Origin: Bacteroidales bacterium
GTDB lineage: Bacteria > Bacteroidota > Bacteroidia > Bacteroidales > UBA12077
DNA: 64,000 nt
Reading direction: 5' to 3'
NCBI GenBank assembly: GCA_013138975.1
Contig: WTBR01000043.1
Coordinates: 28,941-92,940 of the forward strand
In this document: piece by piece, positions 8,954 to 18,930 of the stretch
Layout of the letters: each line of letters opens with the position of its first letter
How positions within the stretch are numbered: position 1 is the first letter of the stretch
The notes under the pieces: generated by a model
What the model was told of the DNA's origin: nothing
Seen by the model: only the letters and a program-made list of their open reading frames with translations
The model's database searches: none
Position numbers and translations under genes: made by a program

Positions 8954-10789
8954 ATGACTCATAGAAATAAATTTATCGTAAAATTAATTCACTGTGGAAA
9001 TAATAACCCTGTGAATCTTAATGATAAAGCACAAAAGAATATGTTTTTTATGCCCATGGGTTTACTCATGTTGGCAGAGGCTTTGAATAAGGAAAATTAC
9101 GATGTAGAGGTAATTCATTCAGATATTGAAACTGATTCACTGGACGATATTTTGGACTTTAACAATATCAATGCCATTGGGTTTGATTGTCATTGGATAA
9201 ACCAAAGTTTGGCTATTCTGGAAACAGCAAAATACATTAAAGAAAAGAATAGTTCAATTTTTATTTTCCTGGGTGGATTTTCTGCAAGCTTATTTTATTC
9301 TGAGTTATTAACAGAATACGACTATTTCGATGCAATAATTAAAGGAGATGGAGAGAAACCATTACTGGAATTATGTAAAGTATTAAGTGAAAATCTAAAG
9401 GAGGAACAGACTGAAGTAAACCTTGATTTAAAGAGCGTTTCTAATTTAGTATGGAGAGAAAACGGTAATGTTATCGATAATAAAACGGATTATATTGCTT
9501 CATCTCAGGATGTAGAAGATTATACTTTTGCAAAATTTGATTTACTAAAAAATTGGGAGTTCTATAGAGATTTATCGAATTACTATTCGCATTTCAAACC
9601 AATTAGTGAACACCCAATGTATTTACTGGAAATAGGCAGGGGATGTGAAAATTCATGTGCGTATTGCGGTGGAAATAGTGTAGCTCAAGAAAAGATAAAT
9701 AATAGAAGTAATGTATTCTTTAGAAGTATATCTTCAGTAATTGAATCAATTAAAGAATCTTATTCTTATGGATTTCGAGTTTATTATTTTAGTTTAGAGT
9801 GTAAAGAAAGCGATGAATATTATCAACTTTTGTTTCAGGAAATTAAGAAGCTTGATTTACCCATATATGTGGTGTATGGTGCATGGAGATTGCCTTCAGC
9901 TAATATAATTGATCAAATTTCAGCTTGTTGCGAACAATCGGTTCTTGAGATTTCTCCTGAAACTTCAAATGAGTTACTAAGGAAAAAAAATAAAGACAAT
10001 AAGATTTATTTCTCAAACACCCAGCTTGAAGAGTGTTTATCACATATTAAAAGCAAGCAAAATATTAAAGCGCAAATATTTTTTGGATACTATCTCTCAG
10101 GGGATTCTAAAGAAACAATTTTATCTACGATAGAGTATATTTTACATTTATTGGCAAGTTATAATGGAATGGTAGAAATTGAGTACTCTAATTTCTCTAC
10201 CGACCCGGGTTCTTTATATTTCTTTAAACCAGAAAGTTATGATATAAATATTAGTACGAGAAATTTCGATGATTATATCACGAATCTTAAAAGAATGTAT
10301 GTGGATAATAGCGATAATCCGGCTGATATGACCTTGTTTCGTCCAAATACAATTTCGGAAGAGGAATCTCAAAAGATATTCTTACTAATGAGAATATTTA
10401 ATTATATATTCATCACATATCGAAACACGATCACCTTGTATTTTGAGGAAACAGGAGAAATAAACTTTTTATTAAACTTGATAAATAAATTCGATACAAA
10501 AAATCTACTGAATTATGACTCAAAATTAATACAGGACATTTTTGATGAATTATTTTCCATATTTAAACCCACTGGTGAAGAAATACGAATTGTATTTCTA
10601 AGCGAATTTGAAAAATCACACAACAGTCATACTATCTCAAGACCTACCACACAACTATTTATGGATAGTGAATTGGCACATCAGTTTTTGGAACGTTGCG
10701 ATAGATCGATTTTAACAAAATACCAACTTAATATTGAAGGGCAATTAGCCGAACAAAAAGAGAAGGATCAAGGAGATTTTAATTTTTAG
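8954..10789 (+). CDS. B12-binding (class B) radical SAM enzyme
   Basis: The N-terminal B12-binding-like segment reads FFMPMGLLMLAEALNKENYDVEVIHSD...AIGFDCHW...IFLGGFSAS...AIIKGDGEKPLLEL. The CxxxCxxC motif CENSCAYC lies at 9644-9667. It ends ...QGDFNF. Confidence 0.85.
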   Translation: MTHRNKFIVKLIHCGNNNPVNLNDKAQKNMFFMPMGLLMLAEALNKENYDVEVIHSDIETDSLDDILDFNNINAIGFDCHWINQSLAILETAKYIKEKNSSIFIFLGGFSASLFYSELLTEYDYFDAIIKGDGEKPLLELCKVLSENLKEEQTEVNLDLKSVSNLVWRENGNVIDNKTDYIASSQDVEDYTFAKFDLLKNWEFYRDLSNYYSHFKPISEHPMYLLEIGRGCENSCAYCGGNSVAQEKINNRSNVFFRSISSVIESIKESYSYGFRVYYFSLECKESDEYYQLLFQEIKKLDLPIYVVYGAWRLPSANIIDQISACCEQSVLEISPETSNELLRKKNKDNKIYFSNTQLEECLSHIKSKQNIKAQIFFGYYLSGDSKETILSTIEYILHLLASYNGMVEIEYSNFSTDPGSLYFFKPESYDINISTRNFDDYITNLKRMYVDNSDNPADMTLFRPNTISEEESQKIFLLMRIFNYIFITYRNTITLYFEETGEINFLLNLINKFDTKNLLNYDSKLIQDIFDELFSIFKPTGEEIRIVFLSEFEKSHNSHTISRPTTQLFMDSELAHQFLERCDRSILTKYQLNIEGQLAEQKEKDQGDFNF

Positions 10790-10790
10790 A

Positions 10791-10850
10791 TCGACCTGAC
10801 AGGTCATTCTGACTCTATCAGGATTTCAACTGAAAAAACATCGTTGACTT
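10791..10850 (+). repeat. repeat family A, internally deleted copy
   Basis: The sequence is TCGACCTGACAGGTCATTCTGACTCTATCAGGATTTCAACTGAAAAAACATCGTTGACTT. This joins the left CGACCTGACAG core directly to the right arm of the 24359 copy. It starts 2 nt after the rSAM stop codon. Confidence 0.75.
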
Positions 10851-10892
10851 AACTATCAATTTATTTCCCGGATAAAACAATACTTTGTTAAT

Positions 10893-10972
10893 CTTTGGCA
10901 AAGTTGAATTTCATAAATAGCCAAGCTGCTGATAATTAGATATATGATTTAAGTAAACTAGCTTTGCCAAAG
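10893..10972. promoter_or_regulatory. pair of 11-bp palindromes CTTTG-N-CAAAG (candidate operator) upstream of NRPS gene 11045
   Basis: CTTTGGCAAAG lies at 10893-10903 and CTTTGCCAAAG at 10962-10972. The two are reverse complements of each other. Each is followed by GTT..AATTTCA. They lie 140 and 70 nt upstream of the ATG at 11045. Confidence 0.3.
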
Positions 10973-11044
10973 TTTTTAATTTCAATCGAATACTGAAACC
11001 TAACGAACTATAAATATAAAATAGCAATTTTAAAATATATCAAA

Positions 11045-14000
11045 ATGACACAAAAAGAAAGCTCAAGTCATTCTACTACATCCACTAATAAATACGAAAA
11101 AGAAAGAGATTTCTGGTATTCTAAATTTTCTGATGGAGTAATACGAAATATTATACCTTATGATGTGATCGACGAGGTAGATTTATCTTCAAAGTATCTA
11201 ATTGAAGAGTTTGTTCTTAGTCAGGAAATATCAAAAAAACTTTTCTGGTTATCTAATGAATCAGATTATCGTTTATTAATGATATTGATTACAGGAATTA
11301 CCTCACTTCTTAAAAAGTATACAGGAAATAACGATATCACCATTGGAACTTCCATATATAAACAAAAAGTTGACGGGGATTTTATAAATAAGATTTTACC
11401 TATTAGAAATGTCATTAATGACGATGCTACTTTCAAGGATGTGATTATTTTATCAAAGGATAATCTGGAAAATGCAGTATTACACCAAAACTTCCCCATT
11501 GATTCTTTATCAATGAATAATTCAGGGAATGGTCATTTTCTGTTTAACAATGCTGTTTTATTGAAGAATATTCAAAGTGAAAGCTATATCGATCATTTAG
11601 AACTTGATTTACTATTCGCATTCGAAAGGATAAATGACGATATCAAACTTTCGATTAATTATAGTCCTAAATTATATAAAAAATCAACCATCGATAGATT
11701 CTATAGTCATTTCGATGCCTTTATGCAAAAATCCCTGGGTAATATAAATGAACAGTTAAAGGGTATTTCACTTATCACGGTAAAAGAAAAAGAAGATTAT
11801 CTTTTCAATAAAAATACGGGACTTACCCAAGCCCTGGATCATGAAAATATTGTAAGTTGGTTTGAAGATATAGTTGAGCGCTTTCCAAATAACAATGCTG
11901 TTTCCATGGATCAATTTGGAAAAAGTAGTGGTGATATTATTACTGAAAAGAAACTCAATATTACATATAAGGAATTAAATGATAAAGCAAATAATTTGGC
12001 TTATCAGTTAAGAAAAGAAGGATTGAAAGAAGGAAGTACTGTTGGCCTGTTGATGTATCCGGGAATTGAAGTCGCAATAAGTGTTCTGGGGGTTTTGAAA
12101 GCTCGGGGTGTTTATTTGCCGATAGCTGCAGAAACTCCAAATACAAGAATGGAACATATGCTTAAAGATTGCAATGCAGAGTTTCTTGTAGTCGATAAAA
12201 GAGTGGAATCAACTGCCGATGAAATTAAGAATCAAATAGAAAATATAAAGATTATTTCTGTTTGTGATAAAATTGAAGAACTTGGTAATGGCAATCTTGA
12301 TTTGCCTTATTCCAAAGAAGATCCTATTTATGTAATTTATACTTCCGGTTCAATGGGTTATCCTAAAGGAGTTCTTGTAGGAAATTCAGGTTTGATAAAT
12401 TATGTTCAATGGAGAAGAGAAGCATATGAATATAATGAGAAGGATATTTCTTTACAATTGCTGTCCTATAGTTTTGATGGTTTCTATTCTAATTTTTTCA
12501 CCAGTTTACTTACTGGTGGACAGTTAATTATGGTACCTGAGACACACATGCTTGAATTATCGTATTTAAATTCCTTGATCAAAGAAACAGGAGTAAGCAA
12601 TACTAGTCTTATTCCTAGATTGTTCGAGAGTATATTTAACAATCAAAAAGAAAGAGAACTTGAGAGTCTCCGGTTTGTTGTTTTAGCTGGTGAGAAAACC
12701 GACGAAGAATTAAAGGCAGGAATTAGAGAATGTTATCCTAAACTTAAAATCATTAATGAGTTTGGTTTAACCGAAACCAGTGTTACTTCAATTGCAAACC
12801 TTAATTATGCACAGGATGATTCTAATATATTAGGAAATCCAATAAACAATAATACGATATACATTCTTGATAAAGATTTAAACCCAGTACCTAAAGGAAT
12901 TTGCGGCGAATTATATATTTCGGGGATAGGATTGGCAAAGGGGTATTTGAATGAACCTGTTTTAACAGGAGATAGTTTTATAAAGAATCCGTTTAAAGAA
13001 GATACCTTGATGTATAAAACGGGTGATCTTGCTAGTTGGTCTGACGATGATACCATAAGATATTTTGGTAGAAAAGATTACCAGGTAAAAATTCGAGGTT
13101 TTCGAATCGAACTTAGTGAAATTGAAGAATGTATGAAGAAACATCCAATGCTTATGGATGCTTTAGTTATTACAAAAATGAATCATGCCAATGAGAGTCT
13201 GCTTATTGGATATTATGTTTCTAAAAATGGGAAAGAGATAGGCGATTTGACAGATCATCTCCAGGAAATATTATCGGATTACATGATTCCTTCTATTTTA
13301 ATGGAAATAGGTGAATTTCCTAAAAATCAAAGTGGTAAACTTGATTACGGTAGATTGCCTGAACCAAAGATAAGTTCCTTTAACGAATATGTTTCTCCAA
13401 AAACCGATACAGAGAGAAGGTTGGTTTCTATTTGGAGCGAAGTTTTGAATATAGAAGAATCTAAAATAAGTAGTATCGATAATTTCTTCGAGTCAGGAGG
13501 ACATTCCTTAAATGCTACAATAATAATATCTAAAGTTCAAAAAGAATTTAATGTTAAAATTCCAATTATTGATGTTTTTGAATACCCTACCGTTAAATGT
13601 TTTGCTAAAAATTTAGAGGAGAAAAGCAAAAGCACATTTAAATCATTGGAGAAAGCAGTTTCAAAAGATTTTTATCCATTGTCATCCGGTCAGGAACGAT
13701 TATATTTTATTCAGGAAAAACAAAAAAATACCATTGCATATAACATCCCGCTCATATTAAAAATAGAGGGGAGTTTAGATATAAATACGATAGAATCAAT
13801 TTTTAACAAATTGGTCGAAAGACACGAAAGTCTTAGAACCGTATTTGTTATGAATGAAGATCGTCCGGTACAAAAAATTCTGGATCAGCTTAAAATTAAA
13901 ATCGATTGCCTAAAGCACGATCAAATAGATATAATGACTTTAAAAGAGGAATTCGTAAAACCTTTTAATTTAAACGAATCTCCTTTATTCAGAGTGATGC

Positions 14001-14986
14001 TTGTTGAATTAAAAGGAAAGATAGAATACCTGTTTTTTGATATACATCATATTATTACAGATGCTTTATCAATGCAAATTCTGGTTAATGATTTTATCAA
14101 GTGTTTATCGAATATTGAATTACCGCAACTAAAATATCAATACAAAGATTTCTCAGAGAATAGTCTTAATAGAAAAGGTAGCGATTTATTTAAGAAACAA
14201 GAAGAATTTTGGTTGGATCAATATAGAAATTCTTATAACCGACTTAAATTGCCTGTTGATAATGCGAATGTTGAAAATAATTTCATCCCTCAAAAAGCAG
14301 GCTTTATTATTAATAAAACTCAAACCGATAAGTTGAACCAAATTGCAAAAGATAACAATATGTCATTGTTTATCTTGATGCTAGGTATAACGAATGTGTT
14401 TATCTCTAAATTATGTAACCAGGAGGATATTGTAATTGGGATTCCGGTAGCAGGAAGACTTCATGATGATCTTTCTGATATCGTAGGTTTGTTTATTAAT
14501 ACACTTGCTCTTAGGAATAATCCGGCGCAGGAAAAACAGGTCGGGGATTTTCTTAAGGAAGTAAAACAAAACACCTTTAATTGTTTGGAAAACCAAGAGT
14601 ATGATTTTGATATTTTGGTTGATAAGTTGGGAATAAAAAGAGTGGTTGGTCAAAACCCATTAATTGACTTATTCTTTATGTGGGATAATTTTAATTTGCC
14701 TGATATTAAATCAGAAACGGTGAGTTTAACACCGGTTTATTATGAAAATAATAACAAGTTCGATTTATCATTATTGGCTGATGAAAAACCAGATCAGATA
14801 GATTTTACAATAGAATATAATGCTGCTATTTTCAATGAAGACACGATTTTATTTATGACAAAATGGTACACAGATTTAGTGGATTGTATTTTGAATGACA
14901 CTCAAGTCAAAATAAAAGAATTACAGATAGATGCTTTTAGTAAACAAAATGAAAGTAATAGCATCGATATAACTTTTAATGTTTAA
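11045..14986 (+). CDS. NRPS subunit, half-C(C-lobe only)-A-T-C
   Basis: The N-terminal ~255 aa align with the post-His-motif half of C domains (DFWYSKF..., LLKKYTGNNDITIGTSIY..., HQNFPIDSL) but have no HHxxxDG. A domain: YTSGSMGYPKG, NEFGLTETS, GELYISGIGLAKGYL, YKTGDLASW, GRKDYQVKIRGFRIELSEIE, SGKLDYGR. T domain: FFESGGHS. C domain: YPLSSGQERLYFIQ, HHIITDALS. Confidence 0.9.
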   Translation: MTQKESSSHSTTSTNKYEKERDFWYSKFSDGVIRNIIPYDVIDEVDLSSKYLIEEFVLSQEISKKLFWLSNESDYRLLMILITGITSLLKKYTGNNDITIGTSIYKQKVDGDFINKILPIRNVINDDATFKDVIILSKDNLENAVLHQNFPIDSLSMNNSGNGHFLFNNAVLLKNIQSESYIDHLELDLLFAFERINDDIKLSINYSPKLYKKSTIDRFYSHFDAFMQKSLGNINEQLKGISLITVKEKEDYLFNKNTGLTQALDHENIVSWFEDIVERFPNNNAVSMDQFGKSSGDIITEKKLNITYKELNDKANNLAYQLRKEGLKEGSTVGLLMYPGIEVAISVLGVLKARGVYLPIAAETPNTRMEHMLKDCNAEFLVVDKRVESTADEIKNQIENIKIISVCDKIEELGNGNLDLPYSKEDPIYVIYTSGSMGYPKGVLVGNSGLINYVQWRREAYEYNEKDISLQLLSYSFDGFYSNFFTSLLTGGQLIMVPETHMLELSYLNSLIKETGVSNTSLIPRLFESIFNNQKERELESLRFVVLAGEKTDEELKAGIRECYPKLKIINEFGLTETSVTSIANLNYAQDDSNILGNPINNNTIYILDKDLNPVPKGICGELYISGIGLAKGYLNEPVLTGDSFIKNPFKEDTLMYKTGDLASWSDDDTIRYFGRKDYQVKIRGFRIELSEIEECMKKHPMLMDALVITKMNHANESLLIGYYVSKNGKEIGDLTDHLQEILSDYMIPSILMEIGEFPKNQSGKLDYGRLPEPKISSFNEYVSPKTDTERRLVSIWSEVLNIEESKISSIDNFFESGGHSLNATIIISKVQKEFNVKIPIIDVFEYPTVKCFAKNLEEKSKSTFKSLEKAVSKDFYPLSSGQERLYFIQEKQKNTIAYNIPLILKIEGSLDINTIESIFNKLVERHESLRTVFVMNEDRPVQKILDQLKIKIDCLKHDQIDIMTLKEEFVKPFNLNESPLFRVMLVELKGKIEYLFFDIHHIITDALSMQILVNDFIKCLSNIELPQLKYQYKDFSENSLNRKGSDLFKKQEEFWLDQYRNSYNRLKLPVDNANVENNFIPQKAGFIINKTQTDKLNQIAKDNNMSLFILMLGITNVFISKLCNQEDIVIGIPVAGRLHDDLSDIVGLFINTLALRNNPAQEKQVGDFLKEVKQNTFNCLENQEYDFDILVDKLGIKRVVGQNPLIDLFFMWDNFNLPDIKSETVSLTPVYYENNNKFDLSLLADEKPDQIDFTIEYNAAIFNEDTILFMTKWYTDLVDCILNDTQVKIKELQIDAFSKQNESNSIDITFNV

Positions 14987-15008
14987 ATTTTTTAAATAGT
15001 ATAAGTTC

Positions 15009-18000
15009 ATGGATATTGTAACCAAAGTTACAGAAGAGTATTGGTTAAGGCGCTTGTCGGGGTTAGATAATAAAGGCGTTTTAGCTAATACAGTTCATTT
15101 TAATAATGGTAATGATTTGGTATTAGGTAATACTTATCAATTGCCAAAGGATACTATTTCCATGTTAAAAAGAATTAGTAATAATTCGGATGTAGGAACT
15201 TATATTATATTATTATCGATATTAAAATACCAGCTCTTTTTATATTCAGGGAAAGGAGATTTTTCTGTAGGCTCTGTTTTCTTTGGTAATAATGCTGAAA
15301 ACAGCGATTATCTTATTTCACGAGAACATATAGATGAAAATTTATTGTTGAGTGATGTGCTTGGCATCGTAAAAAAATCCTATATAGACGATAACAATCA
15401 TCCATACCCATCTTTTCAGAAAATTTATGAAAAACTTTGTCTGAGGGAAGGGCTGAAAAATATAGAATTATTTGATATAGCATTGGTATCAGAAAAACTT
15501 TTCTCAGGGAATAAAGAAGTTTTCAAGAAGTTCAATATCTTAATGATTTTGAAGGAAAATGGGGAAGATTTTTGTATTGATGTTTATTCGAGAAGTGAAG
15601 GTATGGATTTGCAACAAATCCATTATTTCTGTCAAAATTATGTGCAGAATATAAATAACTTTCAAGATAATTATACAAAAAGGATTAAGGATATTGACAT
15701 TCTTGCAGACAGCGAGAAGAAACTTATTCTTTCTGATTTTAATAATACCGATAAAGATTTTCCGAAGAATAAATCTGTTATTGATTTATTTGAAAATCAG
15801 CTTGAAAGAACTCCCGATAAATGTGCTTTAAAATATAATGGAGAAGAACTTTCTTACAGGGAATTGAACGAAAAGGCAAATCAATTAGGGCGTTTATTAC
15901 AGGCTAAAGGTGTTTCTTCCGATATGGTAGTGCCTATTGTTGCTGAGAGATCTTTTGAATTAATTATTGGCTTGTTTGGAATTTTAAAAGCCGGGGGAGC
16001 TTATCTTCCTATCGATACGAAGTATCCAAAGGAAAGAATGCTTTTTTTGGTAAATGAATGTGATGCTAAAATTATTTTAACTACAAAGCAGATAGATCAT
16101 TTTACCGGCACAGATATAGAGTGTATTGATTTAAGAAAACCTGATATTTATACAGGAGATTCGCACAATATATTAAAAGATATAAAGCCTAACCACCTGG
16201 CATATGTAATTTACACCTCAGGTTCTACAGGCAATCCCAAAGGTGTCATGATTGAACATCAGGCCTTGGTAAACAGGCTTAATTGGATGCAAAATCGATA
16301 TCCTATTGGAGTAAACGATGTGATTCTTCAAAAAACATCAATAACATTTGATGTTTCTGTATGGGAATTATTTTGGTGGGCCTTACAAGGATCAACGCTT
16401 AGCTTATTGCCTGTCGATGGAGAGAAAAATCCGGATCTTATACTTAAAACCATTGAAAAGGATAAAGTAACTACCATGCATTTTGTTCCTTCGATGCTAT
16501 CTGTTTTCTTGGATTCTTTGGCTTTTTGTAAGGATATACAAATATTGAAGAGCCTTAAATATGTCTTTTCAAGTGGCGAAGAGTTAAAAGCCTTTCATGT
16601 CAATAATTTTCATGATTTAATATCCAAAGAAACAGGAGCAAAACTTATAAACCTCTATGGTCCCACAGAAGCAACTGTCGATGTTAGTTATTATGATTGC
16701 CAAAGTGATTTGACATATGGGAAAGTACCAATTGGTAAACCAATAGATAATATAAACTTGATGATACTGGATAAACAATTCAAACATGTACCGATTGGCG
16801 TAATGGGTGAATTGTGTATTGCAGGAACAGGTTTAGCACGGGGCTACTTGAAAAACGAAGAATTTACTAAGGAAAAGTTTATTGATGATTCTAAACTAAT
16901 AAATAAACGATTTTACAGAACAGGTGATTATGCCAAATGGAGAACCGATGGAAATATTGAGTTTTTAGGACGAATCGATAATCAATTTAAAATAAGAGGA
17001 TTTAGGGTTGAGATAGGGGAGATAGAGCGAAATATAAGAGAGCATGATTCAATCAAAGAAGTTATTGTTGTACCTCGCACAAACAAAAAAGAGGAAAAAC
17101 AATTATTCACATATTATATTCCTCATAATGAAAAAGAAATAGACGCATCTAAGATAAAAGCTTATTTGTCAGCTAAGCTACCGGCTTATATGATCCCGGA
17201 TATTTTTATTAAAATTGATAAAATTCCATTGACATTGAATGGGAAAGTAGATGTTAAATTACTTCCCGATAGCATAATATCTGAGCTTGAATATGCTCCT
17301 CCTAGAGATGAACTACAGGTAAATTTGGCTAAAATATGTGCCGAAGTATTGGAATCAGATTGGAAGAAGATAGGTATTAATGACAGTTTTTTTATGCTTG
17401 GAGGTAATTCAATAAAGATAATTTCCTTATTACATAAAATAAAAAAGAGATTTAATGTAGACTTGTCCATTGATACCATTTTTGATTATGATACAATAGA
17501 AAAACTTTCGGAACTGATAACAGAAGGAAGTGAAAAAAGAATTGATTCCATTGTTAAAGTAGAAAAGAAAGATTATTACCCGCTGTCATCTGCTCAGAAA
17601 AGATTATTTATTATTCAAAATACATTTAAAGATAATATTGGCTACAATATGTTAAGTGCTTTTGAAATTATGTCTGTAATTGTTCTGGAAAAAGTGCAAT
17701 CTATTTTCGATATCATACTTCAACGACATGAAAATTTAAGAACTTCATTCCGGATTATAGATGGAATACCAGTACAGGTAATTCATGATAAAATCGATTT
17801 AAAGATCGAATTTATTACTGGGGTGAAGGACATTGCAAAAGAAATATCTGATTTTGAAAAACCTTTTAATTTATTGAAGGATAATTTATTGAGAGTTCGA
17901 ATTATTAATACCACAAGTAATAAAAACTTTCTTTTATTAGATATGCATCATATAATTTCAGATGGTTTATCTAATGGCATATTCCAAAACGAATTTATAG

Positions 18001-18899
18001 CTCTTTACAATAAGCAAAAGCTCCCCGGTTTGTTGTTACAATATAAAGATTATTCAAATTGGGAACAAAAATTTGTATCTGGCCAAAGCTATAAAAAACA
18101 AGAATTATTTTGGTTTAATCAGTTCGATGAAAATCCTGAATACAGCCATATCCCATTTGATTTTAAACGACCTGCAATACAAAGTTACGAAGGTGCATCT
18201 GTATTCGAATTGATTGAAAATAATCAGTTGGATAGTTTGAAAAAAATTGCTGCAGACAATAAACTTTCTCTTTATATCCTTCTTCTGTCAATCGTTAATA
18301 TCTTGTATTCGAAAAAAACAGATACCGGTGAAGTAAGCCTTGGTACTATAGTGCATGGGAGAAATCATCCGGATTTGGAAAATGTAATGGGGCAGTTTAT
18401 AAACTTATTGGTGATTAAAAGTTCTGTGGATAAAGACTTGGGATTCCGGGAACATTTATTAGAAACAAAAAGAGTAGTATTAAATTATTTCAATAATCAA
18501 CAATTTCATTTTGAGCGCCTTGTTGAGAAAAAATATACCAAAAGAGACATGGCGATGACTCCATTCTTCAACACCTTATTTACTTATGAAAATAAGGATG
18601 AAATTGGTGGTTTGGATAATGATATTCTTAGTCCTTATGATCAAAATATCCATAAAACAAATTTTGATATCATTATTACCATTAAAGAAAAAATGGAAGG
18701 ATTGAATATTCGATTCGATTATTGTACCAAGATATATAAAAAGGAAACGATTTTACAGCTATTGTTTAATTTCAAAGAAGTTATAAATGCTGTTGTAGAG
18801 AACAATAACATTCAAATAGAAGATATAGCCATAGACAAGAACTTAAATGACATTGAGGAGAATGCATTTCTTAATGAAAGTGATGATTTTCAATTTTGA
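15009..18899 (+). CDS. NRPS subunit, half-C-A-T-C (A domain Ser-like code)
   Basis: The N-terminal ~240 aa are a C-lobe-only region (EEYWLRRL...). A domain: YTSGSTGNPKG, FDVSVWELFWW, NLYGPTEATVDVS, GELCIAGTGLARGYL, YRTGDYAKW, GRIDNQFKIRGFRVEIGEIE, LNGKVDVK. T domain: FFMLGGNS. C domain: YYPLSSAQKRLFIIQ, HHIISDGLS. It ends ...SDDFQF. Confidence 0.9.
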   Translation: MDIVTKVTEEYWLRRLSGLDNKGVLANTVHFNNGNDLVLGNTYQLPKDTISMLKRISNNSDVGTYIILLSILKYQLFLYSGKGDFSVGSVFFGNNAENSDYLISREHIDENLLLSDVLGIVKKSYIDDNNHPYPSFQKIYEKLCLREGLKNIELFDIALVSEKLFSGNKEVFKKFNILMILKENGEDFCIDVYSRSEGMDLQQIHYFCQNYVQNINNFQDNYTKRIKDIDILADSEKKLILSDFNNTDKDFPKNKSVIDLFENQLERTPDKCALKYNGEELSYRELNEKANQLGRLLQAKGVSSDMVVPIVAERSFELIIGLFGILKAGGAYLPIDTKYPKERMLFLVNECDAKIILTTKQIDHFTGTDIECIDLRKPDIYTGDSHNILKDIKPNHLAYVIYTSGSTGNPKGVMIEHQALVNRLNWMQNRYPIGVNDVILQKTSITFDVSVWELFWWALQGSTLSLLPVDGEKNPDLILKTIEKDKVTTMHFVPSMLSVFLDSLAFCKDIQILKSLKYVFSSGEELKAFHVNNFHDLISKETGAKLINLYGPTEATVDVSYYDCQSDLTYGKVPIGKPIDNINLMILDKQFKHVPIGVMGELCIAGTGLARGYLKNEEFTKEKFIDDSKLINKRFYRTGDYAKWRTDGNIEFLGRIDNQFKIRGFRVEIGEIERNIREHDSIKEVIVVPRTNKKEEKQLFTYYIPHNEKEIDASKIKAYLSAKLPAYMIPDIFIKIDKIPLTLNGKVDVKLLPDSIISELEYAPPRDELQVNLAKICAEVLESDWKKIGINDSFFMLGGNSIKIISLLHKIKKRFNVDLSIDTIFDYDTIEKLSELITEGSEKRIDSIVKVEKKDYYPLSSAQKRLFIIQNTFKDNIGYNMLSAFEIMSVIVLEKVQSIFDIILQRHENLRTSFRIIDGIPVQVIHDKIDLKIEFITGVKDIAKEISDFEKPFNLLKDNLLRVRIINTTSNKNFLLLDMHHIISDGLSNGIFQNEFIALYNKQKLPGLLLQYKDYSNWEQKFVSGQSYKKQELFWFNQFDENPEYSHIPFDFKRPAIQSYEGASVFELIENNQLDSLKKIAADNKLSLYILLLSIVNILYSKKTDTGEVSLGTIVHGRNHPDLENVMGQFINLLVIKSSVDKDLGFREHLLETKRVVLNYFNNQQFHFERLVEKKYTKRDMAMTPFFNTLFTYENKDEIGGLDNDILSPYDQNIHKTNFDIIITIKEKMEGLNIRFDYCTKIYKKETILQLLFNFKEVINAVVENNNIQIEDIAIDKNLNDIEENAFLNESDDFQF

Positions 18900-18930
18900 T
18901 CAGGGTTTAAAATGAAAAAAAATAATGTGA

